A DNA stretch of 64,000 nt from Bacteroidales bacterium (GTDB lineage Bacteria; Bacteroidota; Bacteroidia; Bacteroidales; FEN-979): the NCBI GenBank assembly GCA_025355465.1, contig JANXZO010000027.1:3787-67786 (forward strand), written 5' to 3'. Of the stretch, positions 1 to 7,907 are shown in pieces (the first letter of the stretch is position 1; the number at the start of each line of letters is the position of its first letter). The notes beneath the pieces are model-generated. The model had not been told where the DNA came from. It made no database searches and saw nothing but the letters and a program-made list of their open reading frames with translations. Position numbers and translations under genes: made by a program.

Positions 1-271
1 AAAACTGTCCGGTTTTCTTGCTATACCATCGTTTGTATGAAAAGAGTCCTGTAGCTATATCAAGTAGATATGGAAACCCCGCTCTTGATAACAGGTAACC
101 GTTCGCATTGATCACATCTCCAATTGGTTTGAAGTCCTCAATTTTAAAATACCCCAGGGTGGGATGGCAATGAAATTCCGTTTGTGATATATTTTGACAC
201 TTCTGAATAAGTAGTTCAGGAATCGATATCAGGCGATCAGGTGCAATTGCAATGGCTTCATGATTCACCAT
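1..271 (-). CDS. Partial ORF of unknown function running off the left edge (C-terminus outside window)
   Basis: Hand translation of the minus strand from ATG 271..269 gives MVNHEAIAIAPDRLISIPELLIQKCQNISQTEFHCHPTLGYFKIEDFKPIGDVINANGYLLSRAGFPYLLDIATGLFSYKRWYSKKTGQF, open to nt 1. It is absent from the ORF track because its stop lies outside the window. No family recognised. Confidence 0.4.
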   Translation of the reverse strand, partial: MVNHEAIAIAPDRLISIPELLIQKCQNISQTEFHCHPTLGYFKIEDFKPIGDVINANGYLLSRAGFPYLLDIATGLFSYKRWYSKKTGQF

Positions 272-581
272 GTTGATCCTGGAGTGTAAAGATTGCAAAT
301 CAATTTCTTTCCACTCTTCCTTTGTAATAAAGAACCTAAGTCTTGGCTGTGAAATTAATTCCGCAGTAGAGGCAGACTTTTTCGATGCGAATATTACTGC
401 TCATTTTGTTGTTGCTGGTGGCTACATGTAGCTGGTTGTTGCTGTATGTAGCATGATCTCGCTTTTGTGATGCCGGGCAACAAGTTTAACCATGTTGGGC
501 AACGATATGGCAACAAATAAAAGAAAATAAATTCATTTATTATTAACAAAAACAGGCAGTTAGAAAAGAAAGAGAGGGTAA

Positions 582-1979
582 TTACTTTCCGATACAGAAC
601 CTGGAAAAAATGGTTCCGAGAATCTCATCGTTGGTAATTTCGCCGGTGATTTCACCCAGGTGATGAAGGGCGATGAGGATGTCGGTAGTCAGGAGGTCGG
701 CAAAAACTCCGGCCTGAAATCCTCCAATAACGGCATCAACAGCCGCAAGAGCCTGTTGAAGGGCTTCGTAGTGGCGGGTGTTGGAGACCAGGGTGCTGTT
801 GGAAAGTTCGGCGTCTGACAGGGTGTTCAACAAACTTTCAGCAATGAGGTGTATGTTCTCTTTTCGTTTCCCGGATACAAAAATGGTTTCATATTCAACG
901 AATCCTGTGAACCCCTTGGGTAACTTTTTCAGCTTATCCGTCTTGTTGCCTATCATTACCATGTGCTTGCCTTTCTCTTCGGTAAGTTCACGGATCTCAT
1001 TAACGGCCTCCATGACTTCTTCAAAGGATTCCCGGGTAGCGTCAAATACATACAGAATTACTGTTGCCTCCTGTATCTTCTCCCAGGTGCGTTCGATGCC
1101 GATGGTTTCAATTTTGTCCTCAGCTGCCCTTAACCCTGCGGTATCAATGAACCGGAAACTGTACCCGCCGATCACTATGGTGTCTTCAATAGCATCTCTG
1201 GTGGTCCCGGGGATGTCGGATACGATGGCCTTTTCTTCATTCAGTATGGCGTTGAGAAGGGTAGACTTGCCAACGTTGGGTTTCCCGATGATGGCGACAG
1301 GAATCCCGTTTCTGATCACATTGCCGAAAGAGAAGGAGCTGGTTAACGCTGAAAGCTCTTCCCTGATCTCCGCCAGCAGGGTGAGAAGAGCGGTGCGATC
1401 AGCAAATTCAACCTGCTCTTCGCTGAAGTCAAGCTCCAGCTCAATAAGTGCCGTGAAGCCGATAAGTTTATCGCGCAGGACTTTGATTCTCTTTGAAAAG
1501 CCCCCGCGCATCTGCCCTATGGCCAGCGAATGGGAAGCCCCTGAATGGGAGGCAATGAGATCGGCTACGGCTTCCGCCTGGGAGAGGTCAAACTTCCCGT
1601 TCAGGAAAGCCCGTAACGTGAACTCACCGGGCCGTGCCAACCGTAGTCCTTTGTCTACCAGCAGTTCAAGCATTTTCTGTTGAACATAAACCGACCCGTG
1701 GCACGATATTTCAATCACATCTTCTCCGGTGTAAGATTGGGGCGCTCTGAAAAGGCTTATCAGTACTTCATCGAGAATGGCTGTCCGGTCGCCGATAACG
1801 CCGAAATGCAAGGTATGGCCTGGCGCCTGGCGAATATCCAGTCCGCGTTTGGCTGGCGTAAATAACGCTGCACAAATTTCAAAAGTCATTGACCCCGATA
1901 TCCTGATCACTGCAATTGCGCCTGCACCCGGCGGGGTGGCAATGGCACAGATGGTGTCGGTAGTAGCTAAGTTGACCAT
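582..1979 (-). CDS. mnmE: tRNA uridine-5-carboxymethylaminomethyl modification GTPase MnmE (TrmE)
   Basis: G-domain motifs GKPNVGKSTLLN, DTAGLR and NKTD, plus the C-terminal CIGK tetrapeptide typical of MnmE. Start set to ATG 1979 (MVNLATTDTICAIATPPG...) because a -7 promoter box lies inside the longer 2027 ORF. Confidence 0.93.
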   Translation of the reverse strand: MVNLATTDTICAIATPPGAGAIAVIRISGSMTFEICAALFTPAKRGLDIRQAPGHTLHFGVIGDRTAILDEVLISLFRAPQSYTGEDVIEISCHGSVYVQQKMLELLVDKGLRLARPGEFTLRAFLNGKFDLSQAEAVADLIASHSGASHSLAIGQMRGGFSKRIKVLRDKLIGFTALIELELDFSEEQVEFADRTALLTLLAEIREELSALTSSFSFGNVIRNGIPVAIIGKPNVGKSTLLNAILNEEKAIVSDIPGTTRDAIEDTIVIGGYSFRFIDTAGLRAAEDKIETIGIERTWEKIQEATVILYVFDATRESFEEVMEAVNEIRELTEEKGKHMVMIGNKTDKLKKLPKGFTGFVEYETIFVSGKRKENIHLIAESLLNTLSDAELSNSTLVSNTRHYEALQQALAAVDAVIGGFQAGVFADLLTTDILIALHHLGEITGEITNDEILGTIFSRFCIGK

Positions 1980-2015
1980 GACAACGAATTTACACTCTTT
2001 CGACTTGGAAGGGAA

Positions 2016-2023
2016 CAAATTTA
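2016..2023 (-). promoter_or_regulatory. Bacteroidota -7 promoter box TAAATTTG (TAnnTTTG) for mnmE
   Basis: The plus-strand sequence caaattta is the reverse complement of TAAATTTG. It lies 36 nt upstream of ATG 1979. Confidence 0.45.
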
Positions 2024-2056
2024 TCAAATAAAATTTTCAGAGTTTGGAAATCGCAC

Positions 2057-2064
2057 TAACTTTG
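2057..2064 (+). promoter_or_regulatory. Candidate -7 box TAACTTTG upstream of sucD
   Basis: Matches TAnnTTTG. It is about 100 nt upstream of ATG 2165. TTTGGAAA occurs twice (2043 and 2061). Confidence 0.35.
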
Positions 2065-2164
2065 GAAACTGGAAGAGGGATTCTGAATGTACAATGAAAA
2101 TGAAGGTTGTAAGGCATCACTCATCATTTCTAAGAACCGATAATTATAATCAACATACAGCAAA

Positions 2165-3046
2165 ATGAGCATACTAGTAAACAAGGATTCAAGGGTTCTG
2201 GTACAGGGTATTACCGGGAGTGAAGGTTCTTTTCACGTAGGACAAATGATTGAATATGGTACCAATATCGTGGGTGGAGTGACCCCGGGAAAAGGGGGCC
2301 AGATGCATCTCGGACGTCCGGTATTCAATACTGTTGCGGATGCCGTAAAGGCTACTTCTGCCAATGTTTCGGTGATCTTCGTGCCGCCTCCCATGGCAGC
2401 CGATGCCATTCTTGAAGCCGCTGATTCCGGAATCCCGCTCATTGTGTGTATTACTGAAGGAATTCCTGTAAAAGACATGATCAATGTTCATGAATACCTG
2501 AAGTGTAAAAATGTAAGAATGATTGGCCCTAACTGTCCGGGAATTATCTCTCCTCCGCAGACAAAAATAGGCATCATGCCGGGTTTTATTCACCATGAGG
2601 GCTCCATCGGGATCGTATCCCGCTCAGGAACCTTGTCGTACGAAGCGGTTGACCAGATCACCAAGGCAGGACTTGGCCAAACTACCATGATCGGGGTAGG
2701 TGGCGACCCTATCCCCGGAACTACCATCAAGGATGCAGTGGAACTTTTTATGGCCGACCCCGAAACTGAAGGAATCATCCTCATTGGGGAGATTGGTGGC
2801 AACATGGAAACAGACGCCGCTTACTGGATCAAGGAGAACGGCACAAAGCCAGTGGTCAGCTTTATCGCCGGAGCTACCGCTCCCAAAGGCCGCACGATGG
2901 GGCATGCCGGCGCCATTGTTGGCGGAAAATCGGATACCGCTGAAGCCAAAAAAGAGATTCTGCGTCAGTGCGGGGTTGTGGTGGTTGATTCACCTGCCGA
3001 TATTGGCATCGCGATGGTGGAGGCCCTTAAAAAAATAGTGAAATAG
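2165..3046 (+). CDS. sucD: Succinate--CoA ligase (ADP-forming) alpha subunit
   Basis: Full-length SucD-like sequence ([21 protein letters not shown]...). CoA-binding N-terminus and phosphohistidine loop MGHAGAIV. No sucC is adjacent. Confidence 0.93.
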   Translation: MSILVNKDSRVLVQGITGSEGSFHVGQMIEYGTNIVGGVTPGKGGQMHLGRPVFNTVADAVKATSANVSVIFVPPPMAADAILEAADSGIPLIVCITEGIPVKDMINVHEYLKCKNVRMIGPNCPGIISPPQTKIGIMPGFIHHEGSIGIVSRSGTLSYEAVDQITKAGLGQTTMIGVGGDPIPGTTIKDAVELFMADPETEGIILIGEIGGNMETDAAYWIKENGTKPVVSFIAGATAPKGRTMGHAGAIVGGKSDTAEAKKEILRQCGVVVVDSPADIGIAMVEALKKIVK

Positions 3047-3068
3047 CGAAATGGTGAAATGGTGAAAT
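3037..3068. repeat. 4 x 8-bp tandem repeat RGYGAAAT spanning the sucD stop codon
   Basis: Units agtgaaat, agcgaaat, ggtgaaat, ggtgaaat read directly. The last unit forms a small hairpin GGTGA-aattg-TCACC followed by TTTT. Confidence 0.8.
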
Positions 3069-3070
3069 TG

Positions 3071-4483
3071 TCACCTTTTAACGAACTGATAAGCTCCCGC
3101 ATCGGGGGCTGCTCCCCTTTCTATTCCTTTAATATCGAGCGGAACTCCCATAGGAATTCCTTTGCCAATGGCCGGTGACAACGTGTCAAGCCGGTAGTCG
3201 AAGTGCTGGGCATCAACGAACAACGGGTCTTTGTTGACGGTACAACTGATAAACCGGGACGGGTTCGATGTGTTCATCTTCGTTTTCAGAAGGCTGTGAT
3301 CAAATGAGAAGTTAAACGGGGTTCCCGCAAGACTGTCGAGCTGGATCTCATTTTCCTCTGCGCCATAAATGACGGAGTTGCCAAAATAGGCTTTCACAAG
3401 CGATCCGGAAACTTTGTTGCCAAGGGTATCGTACGTGTAGTTGCTCAGCCATAGCGAGGGAATATTCCTTACCGAAGAGGACCACCAGTTGCCAATGGTG
3501 AGTTGCCGGAAATCATAACTTCCGCCCAGAACGATATTCAGTGCAGCTCCTGCACAATTTCCAATAACACAGTTGGTTGAAAGGATATCGCTGCCGGATG
3601 CAAAGATCCCGTCGGAGATCATGTTCTGAATAATGGTGTTGTCGAGCTTCAGCATGGGTACACTGGGGGAGGAGCCCAGCGAGTCCACAACCAGTCCGAC
3701 CGAACCGTTTTTAATGATGGCATAATTGATTTCATGATCACGGCTGCCTTGCTCCAGGTAGATCCCGTTCCATTGACCAGGAAGGTCGCGGTAAAACGGG
3801 TCAAGTCTGTCGCCCTGGAAACGTACCGGGTGATCAAGGTTTCCGGCTACCTTCAGCGAGGCACCCTTCCGTATTTCCAGGTAAGCCCCTTTGTGGAAGT
3901 AAACCTTGGTGCCTGGCATAATGGTGAGGGTAGAGGCATCGCCAATGCTTAGGAAACCGTAAATAACATGCGCCCTCAGGCTGTCCCAGGTCACATTTCC
4001 CTGAATATGGCTCCGTTTGTAAAACAATGCATTTTGTCCCCATGCCACCAGTTTAACCTGCTGCAAGGTTCCGTTGGTTGTGAACTGAAGCGAATCGCTC
4101 AGCACGAAAGGAGCATTCTGGTTGTTTGGATTCACATTTACCCGGACGAAGATAAACAGGCTGTCATTTCCCGGTAACTCAACATCGGTTGCCTCCAGCG
4201 AAGGGTCGCCACTTATATTTATTCGGTAATTTGAAGGTGCGCCGCCCGCCAGTCGTATGGATGAAACGACGACTTTGCCAGGGTTGGGATTGTAAACAAT
4301 AAGCCGGCGTGTTACAGAGCCTACGCTCGTAAAAACAGTATCGAAATAGACCGTGTCGGTGGAAAAGGCAAGCCGCAACCCGGGGGTTGAGTCCACTTTA
4401 TCTTTCTTACGGCAGGATAGGTTGATGAGTGGAAATAAAAATATAACAACGAGGAATATAAAAACGGTTGGACGAGTTGACAT
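3071..4483 (-). CDS. Lipoprotein with probable right-handed beta-helix domain, function unknown
   Basis: Signal peptide plus lipobox (FLFPLINLSC). Gly/Asn-rich repetitive beta-strand segments and a C-terminal DAGAYQF motif as in parallel beta-helix proteins. The track start 4504 is TTG and overlaps a -7 box, so the start is set to ATG 4483 (MSTRPTVF...). Confidence 0.6.
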   Translation of the reverse strand: MSTRPTVFIFLVVIFLFPLINLSCRKKDKVDSTPGLRLAFSTDTVYFDTVFTSVGSVTRRLIVYNPNPGKVVVSSIRLAGGAPSNYRINISGDPSLEATDVELPGNDSLFIFVRVNVNPNNQNAPFVLSDSLQFTTNGTLQQVKLVAWGQNALFYKRSHIQGNVTWDSLRAHVIYGFLSIGDASTLTIMPGTKVYFHKGAYLEIRKGASLKVAGNLDHPVRFQGDRLDPFYRDLPGQWNGIYLEQGSRDHEINYAIIKNGSVGLVVDSLGSSPSVPMLKLDNTIIQNMISDGIFASGSDILSTNCVIGNCAGAALNIVLGGSYDFRQLTIGNWWSSSVRNIPSLWLSNYTYDTLGNKVSGSLVKAYFGNSVIYGAEENEIQLDSLAGTPFNFSFDHSLLKTKMNTSNPSRFISCTVNKDPLFVDAQHFDYRLDTLSPAIGKGIPMGVPLDIKGIERGAAPDAGAYQFVKR

Positions 4484-4501
4484 GGTTGAGAATTGGAAGT
4501 G

Positions 4502-4509
4502 CAAAGGTA
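4502..4509 (-). promoter_or_regulatory. -7 box TACCTTTG for the 3071-4483 lipoprotein gene
   Basis: The plus-strand sequence caaaggta is the reverse complement of TACCTTTG. It lies 18 nt upstream of ATG 4483. Confidence 0.45.
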
Positions 4510-4563
4510 CAGAAACTTAACTTTTATTTATAATTAGACTAACGATAAAAGCAGGAAATATTG

Positions 4564-4571
4564 TACTTTTG
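4564..4571 (+). promoter_or_regulatory. -7 box TACTTTTG for the glycogen locus
   Basis: Matches TAnnTTTG, 51 nt upstream of ATG 4623. Confidence 0.45.
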
Positions 4572-4622
4572 CAGTTCCCTTTTTTTTGATATATTTGGCA
4601 TTATATAGGTAAATCAGGTAAA

Positions 4623-6575
4623 ATGAGTTATATCAATTTCGAAAAATCTCAACTGGTAAATCTGGAATATTCGTTAAGCCGCGAATTACTTCGCTCAAAC
4701 CGTGCAGGATCCTATGCAAACTCTACCATCGTTAATTGCAATACCAGGAAGTACCACGGAATACTTGTAACGCCGCAGCCGGGAATTGACCATGACAATC
4801 ATGTGCTGCTTTCCAGTCTTGATGAGACCATCATCCAGCGGGAAGCAGAGTTCAACCTGGGCATACGGAAGTACCCTGGCGGGGTTTATAATCCGAAGGG
4901 ACATAAATATATCTGTGATTTCGTAACCGAGCCTATCCCCAAACTCACCTATCGTGTGGGAGGTGTTATTCTCACCAAGGAGATGCTCTTTACGACGCGC
5001 GAAGACCGGATGATCTTCAAATATACCCTGGTGCAGGCAACTTCACCGACAACACTCAGATTCAGGCCTTTCCTGGCTTTCCGGAATGTTCATCAGCTCA
5101 GCAGGGAAAATATTTTTGCCGATAAGAAATTCGAGGCTGTCCCAAATGGCATCAAGGTACGCATGTACCAGGGGTACACTAACTTGTTCATGCAGGTCTC
5201 CAAACAACCCGAATATACCCATGTGCCCGATTGGTTCTACAATATTGAATACCAAGAAGAGATGGACCGAGGTTACGATTATATGGAAGACCTTTACGTA
5301 CCCGGCTTTTTCGAAATAGAAATCAAGGCAGGAGAGAGCATCTATTTTTCGGCAGGGACCAAAGAGATCAATCCGGGATCGATGTCGCGGACCTATAATG
5401 CGGAGCTGGAAAAGAGGATCCCCCGGGATACTTTCTACAACTGCCTGGTAAATGCTGCACAGCAATTTATTGTCAAACGTGGCTCTCGAACAGAAATTAT
5501 TGCAGGTTTCCCCTGGTTCAGCCGCAGTGGAAGAGAGACCTTTGTGGCGCTTGCCGGTCTGACCCTGGTTACCGGCGACGAGAAGATGTGCAAAGCGGTG
5601 ATCGATACGATGGCCGATGATCTGAAGGGGGCGCTGCTGCCCAATCTCGGTTCTGGTTCAAATTCCAGCTATGCTGCCGTTGACACTTCGTTGTGGTTTT
5701 TCTATGCCTTGCAACAGTATGCTGAGTTTACCGGCAAGCACAAAACCATCTGGAAAGAGTATGGTAAAAAGATGAAGATCATCCTGGCAGGGTACAGGCA
5801 GGGTACGGAATACAATATACATATGGAGTCTGATGGCCTTATCTATGCCGGTGTTCCCGGTAAGGCCCTCACCTGGATGGATGCGATCGTTCATGGGAAA
5901 CCGGTTACCCCGCGCATTGGTAAAGATGTTGAAGTAAATGCCTTATGGTACAACGCCATCTGTTTCAGCATTGAACTTGCCAAACTCTGCGGCGACGACG
6001 ATTTTGTTGCAGACTGGCAGGAACTGGCCGATCTGATACCCGCCTCATTTATTGAGACGTTCTGGAACAGCGAGAAGCGATACCTGGCCGATTATGTTGA
6101 TGGAGAGTATAAAGACTGGACTGTGAGACCGAACATGGTTATTGCCACATCACTGGCTTACAGCCCGGTTCCTGAGGAGATTCGCAAAGAAATATTAAGC
6201 AGGGTAAAACAGGAGCTACTGACTCCCCGGGGGGTACGTACCCTTACACCGAAAAGCCCTGTTTACAAAGGGTTCTATTTCGGAACACCGACCGAGCGTG
6301 ACGCTGCTTACCACCAGGGAACGGTTTGGCCATGGCTCTTTGGTCAGTTCGTAGAGGGATATCTTAAAATACATGGTAAGAGCGGACTGTCATTTATTAA
6401 AACACTGTATCAGGGGTTTGAAGCCGTGATGACAGAACATGGAATCGGTACGATCTCGGGCATTTATGACGGTGACCCGCCGCATGCGGCACGAGGAGCC
6501 ATTTCCCGTGCCTGGTCGGTAGGAGAGTTATTAAGAATTAAATACCTGATTGAGAAATACGAAAGCGGCGTTTAG
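4623..6575 (+). CDS. Glycogen debranching enzyme (amylo-alpha-1,6-glucosidase, GDE_N + GDE_C, GH133-like)
   Basis: 650 aa. The N-terminus (SNRAGSYANSTIVNCNTRKYHGIL) and the C-terminal (alpha/alpha)6 region (HQGTVWPWLFGQFVEGYL, GTISGIYDGDPPH) are typical of bacterial/archaeal-type debranching enzymes. Confidence 0.85.
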   Translation: MSYINFEKSQLVNLEYSLSRELLRSNRAGSYANSTIVNCNTRKYHGILVTPQPGIDHDNHVLLSSLDETIIQREAEFNLGIRKYPGGVYNPKGHKYICDFVTEPIPKLTYRVGGVILTKEMLFTTREDRMIFKYTLVQATSPTTLRFRPFLAFRNVHQLSRENIFADKKFEAVPNGIKVRMYQGYTNLFMQVSKQPEYTHVPDWFYNIEYQEEMDRGYDYMEDLYVPGFFEIEIKAGESIYFSAGTKEINPGSMSRTYNAELEKRIPRDTFYNCLVNAAQQFIVKRGSRTEIIAGFPWFSRSGRETFVALAGLTLVTGDEKMCKAVIDTMADDLKGALLPNLGSGSNSSYAAVDTSLWFFYALQQYAEFTGKHKTIWKEYGKKMKIILAGYRQGTEYNIHMESDGLIYAGVPGKALTWMDAIVHGKPVTPRIGKDVEVNALWYNAICFSIELAKLCGDDDFVADWQELADLIPASFIETFWNSEKRYLADYVDGEYKDWTVRPNMVIATSLAYSPVPEEIRKEILSRVKQELLTPRGVRTLTPKSPVYKGFYFGTPTERDAAYHQGTVWPWLFGQFVEGYLKIHGKSGLSFIKTLYQGFEAVMTEHGIGTISGIYDGDPPHAARGAISRAWSVGELLRIKYLIEKYESGV

Positions 6576-6579
6576 GCTG

Positions 6580-6614
6580 AAATCGTAAATCGTAGATCGT
6601 AAATCATAAATCGA
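6580..6614. repeat. 5 x 7-bp tandem repeat AAATCGT filling the spacer up to 1 nt before the GT4 ATG
   Basis: Units aaatcgt, aaatcgt, agatcgt, aaatcat, aaatcga, then c-ATG (6616). Confidence 0.85.
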
Positions 6615-6615
6615 C

Positions 6616-7902
6616 ATGCGTGTTTTAATGTTCGGCTGGGAGTTCCCCCCACATATTACCGGGGGTTTGGGCACTGCCTGTTTTGGGCTTACCAAAGGAC
6701 TGGTAAAGCATGGAACCGAGGTTATCTTCGTGGTTCCAAAGGCTTTTGGTGATGAGACCAAGGAGGGATTCAGGCTGGTTAATGCCAGTGATGTATCCAT
6801 AGATTTTAAGGAATCCCTTAACCAGGAACACTGGAAAAAGTTCCAGTACATGGAAATCGGATCAAACCTGGTACCTTATCTCGATCCTGAAGAATATGAG
6901 ATGGCCGTTACAAAGGAGGTTCGGGAAACTATTTCAGGGAGCCAGTCTGTGTTTTCCAAACAGTTTACCTTTTCAGGAAAATACGGTCCAAACCTGATGG
7001 AGGAGGTATCGCGTTATGCGCTGGTTGCTTCATCCATTGCCAGTGGGAATACTTTTGACGTAATTCATGCCCACGACTGGTTGACCTATCCTGCCGGGAT
7101 CGCAGCCAAACATATCAGCGGGAAACCTCTTGTTGTGCATGTACATGCAACAGAATTCGACCGTTCCGGCGAAAAGGTAAACCAGGTTGTGTATGACATC
7201 GAGCGACAGGGAATGGAGGAGGCAGACCTTGTTATCACGGTAAGTAATTTTACCCGGCAGATCGTGCTTGAAAAATATGGCATCCCTGCCGAAAAGGTTT
7301 TTACTGTGCACAATGCTGTTGAACCTGTCGACAGACCTGAGCTGGATGGTGTTCAGAAACATGTGCGTGAAAAGATCGTGACTTTCCTTGGCCGTGTTAC
7401 CTATCAGAAGGGTCCGGATTATTTCGTGGAGGCCGCCTACAAAGTGCTGCAGAAGGACGACAATGTACGTTTTGTGATGGCTGGTTCAGGCGACCTGCTT
7501 AACAGGATGGTGCGGCGCGTTGCGCAGTTGAAAATTGCAACGAAGTTCCATTTTACGGGATTCCTGGCCGGCACCGAGGTAGATACCATGTTCGCCATGA
7601 GCGACGTGTATGTGATGCCTTCCGTGTCGGAACCCTTCGGAATTTCACCGCTTGAAGCCATGCGATCCAATGTTCCTGTGGTTATCTCCAAACAATCGGG
7701 TGTTGCTGAGGTTCTTAAACATGCCCTCAAAGTTGATTTCTGGGATGTAGATGCCCTGGCTGATGCCATTTACGGCATCCTCCATTACGATGGTTTGCGG
7801 CAAATGTTTATCAGGTATGGAAAAACCGAGGTGGACAATCTTAAATGGGAGAATGCCGCATTGAATGTAATCGAAGTGTATAACAAAGCAGTTTACAGAT
7901 AA
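6616..7902 (+). CDS. GT4-family glycosyltransferase (archaeal-type glycogen-synthase-like)
   Basis: N-terminus MRVLMFGWEFPPHITGGLG. GT-B fold with the C-terminal E-x7-E region (PSVSEPFGISPLEAM). Located between the debranching enzyme and GH57. Confidence 0.8.
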   Translation: MRVLMFGWEFPPHITGGLGTACFGLTKGLVKHGTEVIFVVPKAFGDETKEGFRLVNASDVSIDFKESLNQEHWKKFQYMEIGSNLVPYLDPEEYEMAVTKEVRETISGSQSVFSKQFTFSGKYGPNLMEEVSRYALVASSIASGNTFDVIHAHDWLTYPAGIAAKHISGKPLVVHVHATEFDRSGEKVNQVVYDIERQGMEEADLVITVSNFTRQIVLEKYGIPAEKVFTVHNAVEPVDRPELDGVQKHVREKIVTFLGRVTYQKGPDYFVEAAYKVLQKDDNVRFVMAGSGDLLNRMVRRVAQLKIATKFHFTGFLAGTEVDTMFAMSDVYVMPSVSEPFGISPLEAMRSNVPVVISKQSGVAEVLKHALKVDFWDVDALADAIYGILHYDGLRQMFIRYGKTEVDNLKWENAALNVIEVYNKAVYR

Positions 7903-7907
7903 ATTCT

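Noticed and set aside
336-404. The 22-codon CxxC mini-ORF as a real small gene.
   Set aside because: It is too short and has no support. It is more likely the remnant or N-terminus of a disrupted gene, so I report it only as an observation.
778-1683. A 301-aa plus-strand ORF antisense to mnmE. Similar long antisense ORFs occur at 36575-37255 (in lon), 26549-27121, 48337-48855, 58602-59147 and 62631-63110.
   Set aside because: Each lies entirely inside a well-supported conserved gene on the other strand. Their compositions are low-complexity and Ser/Arg/Pro-rich, with no motifs. These are typical shadow ORFs.
2165-3046. sucD without an adjacent sucC as an anomaly.
   Set aside because: I recall unlinked sucC and sucD genes being common in Bacteroidota. 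That is likely ordinary genome organisation rather than a loss.
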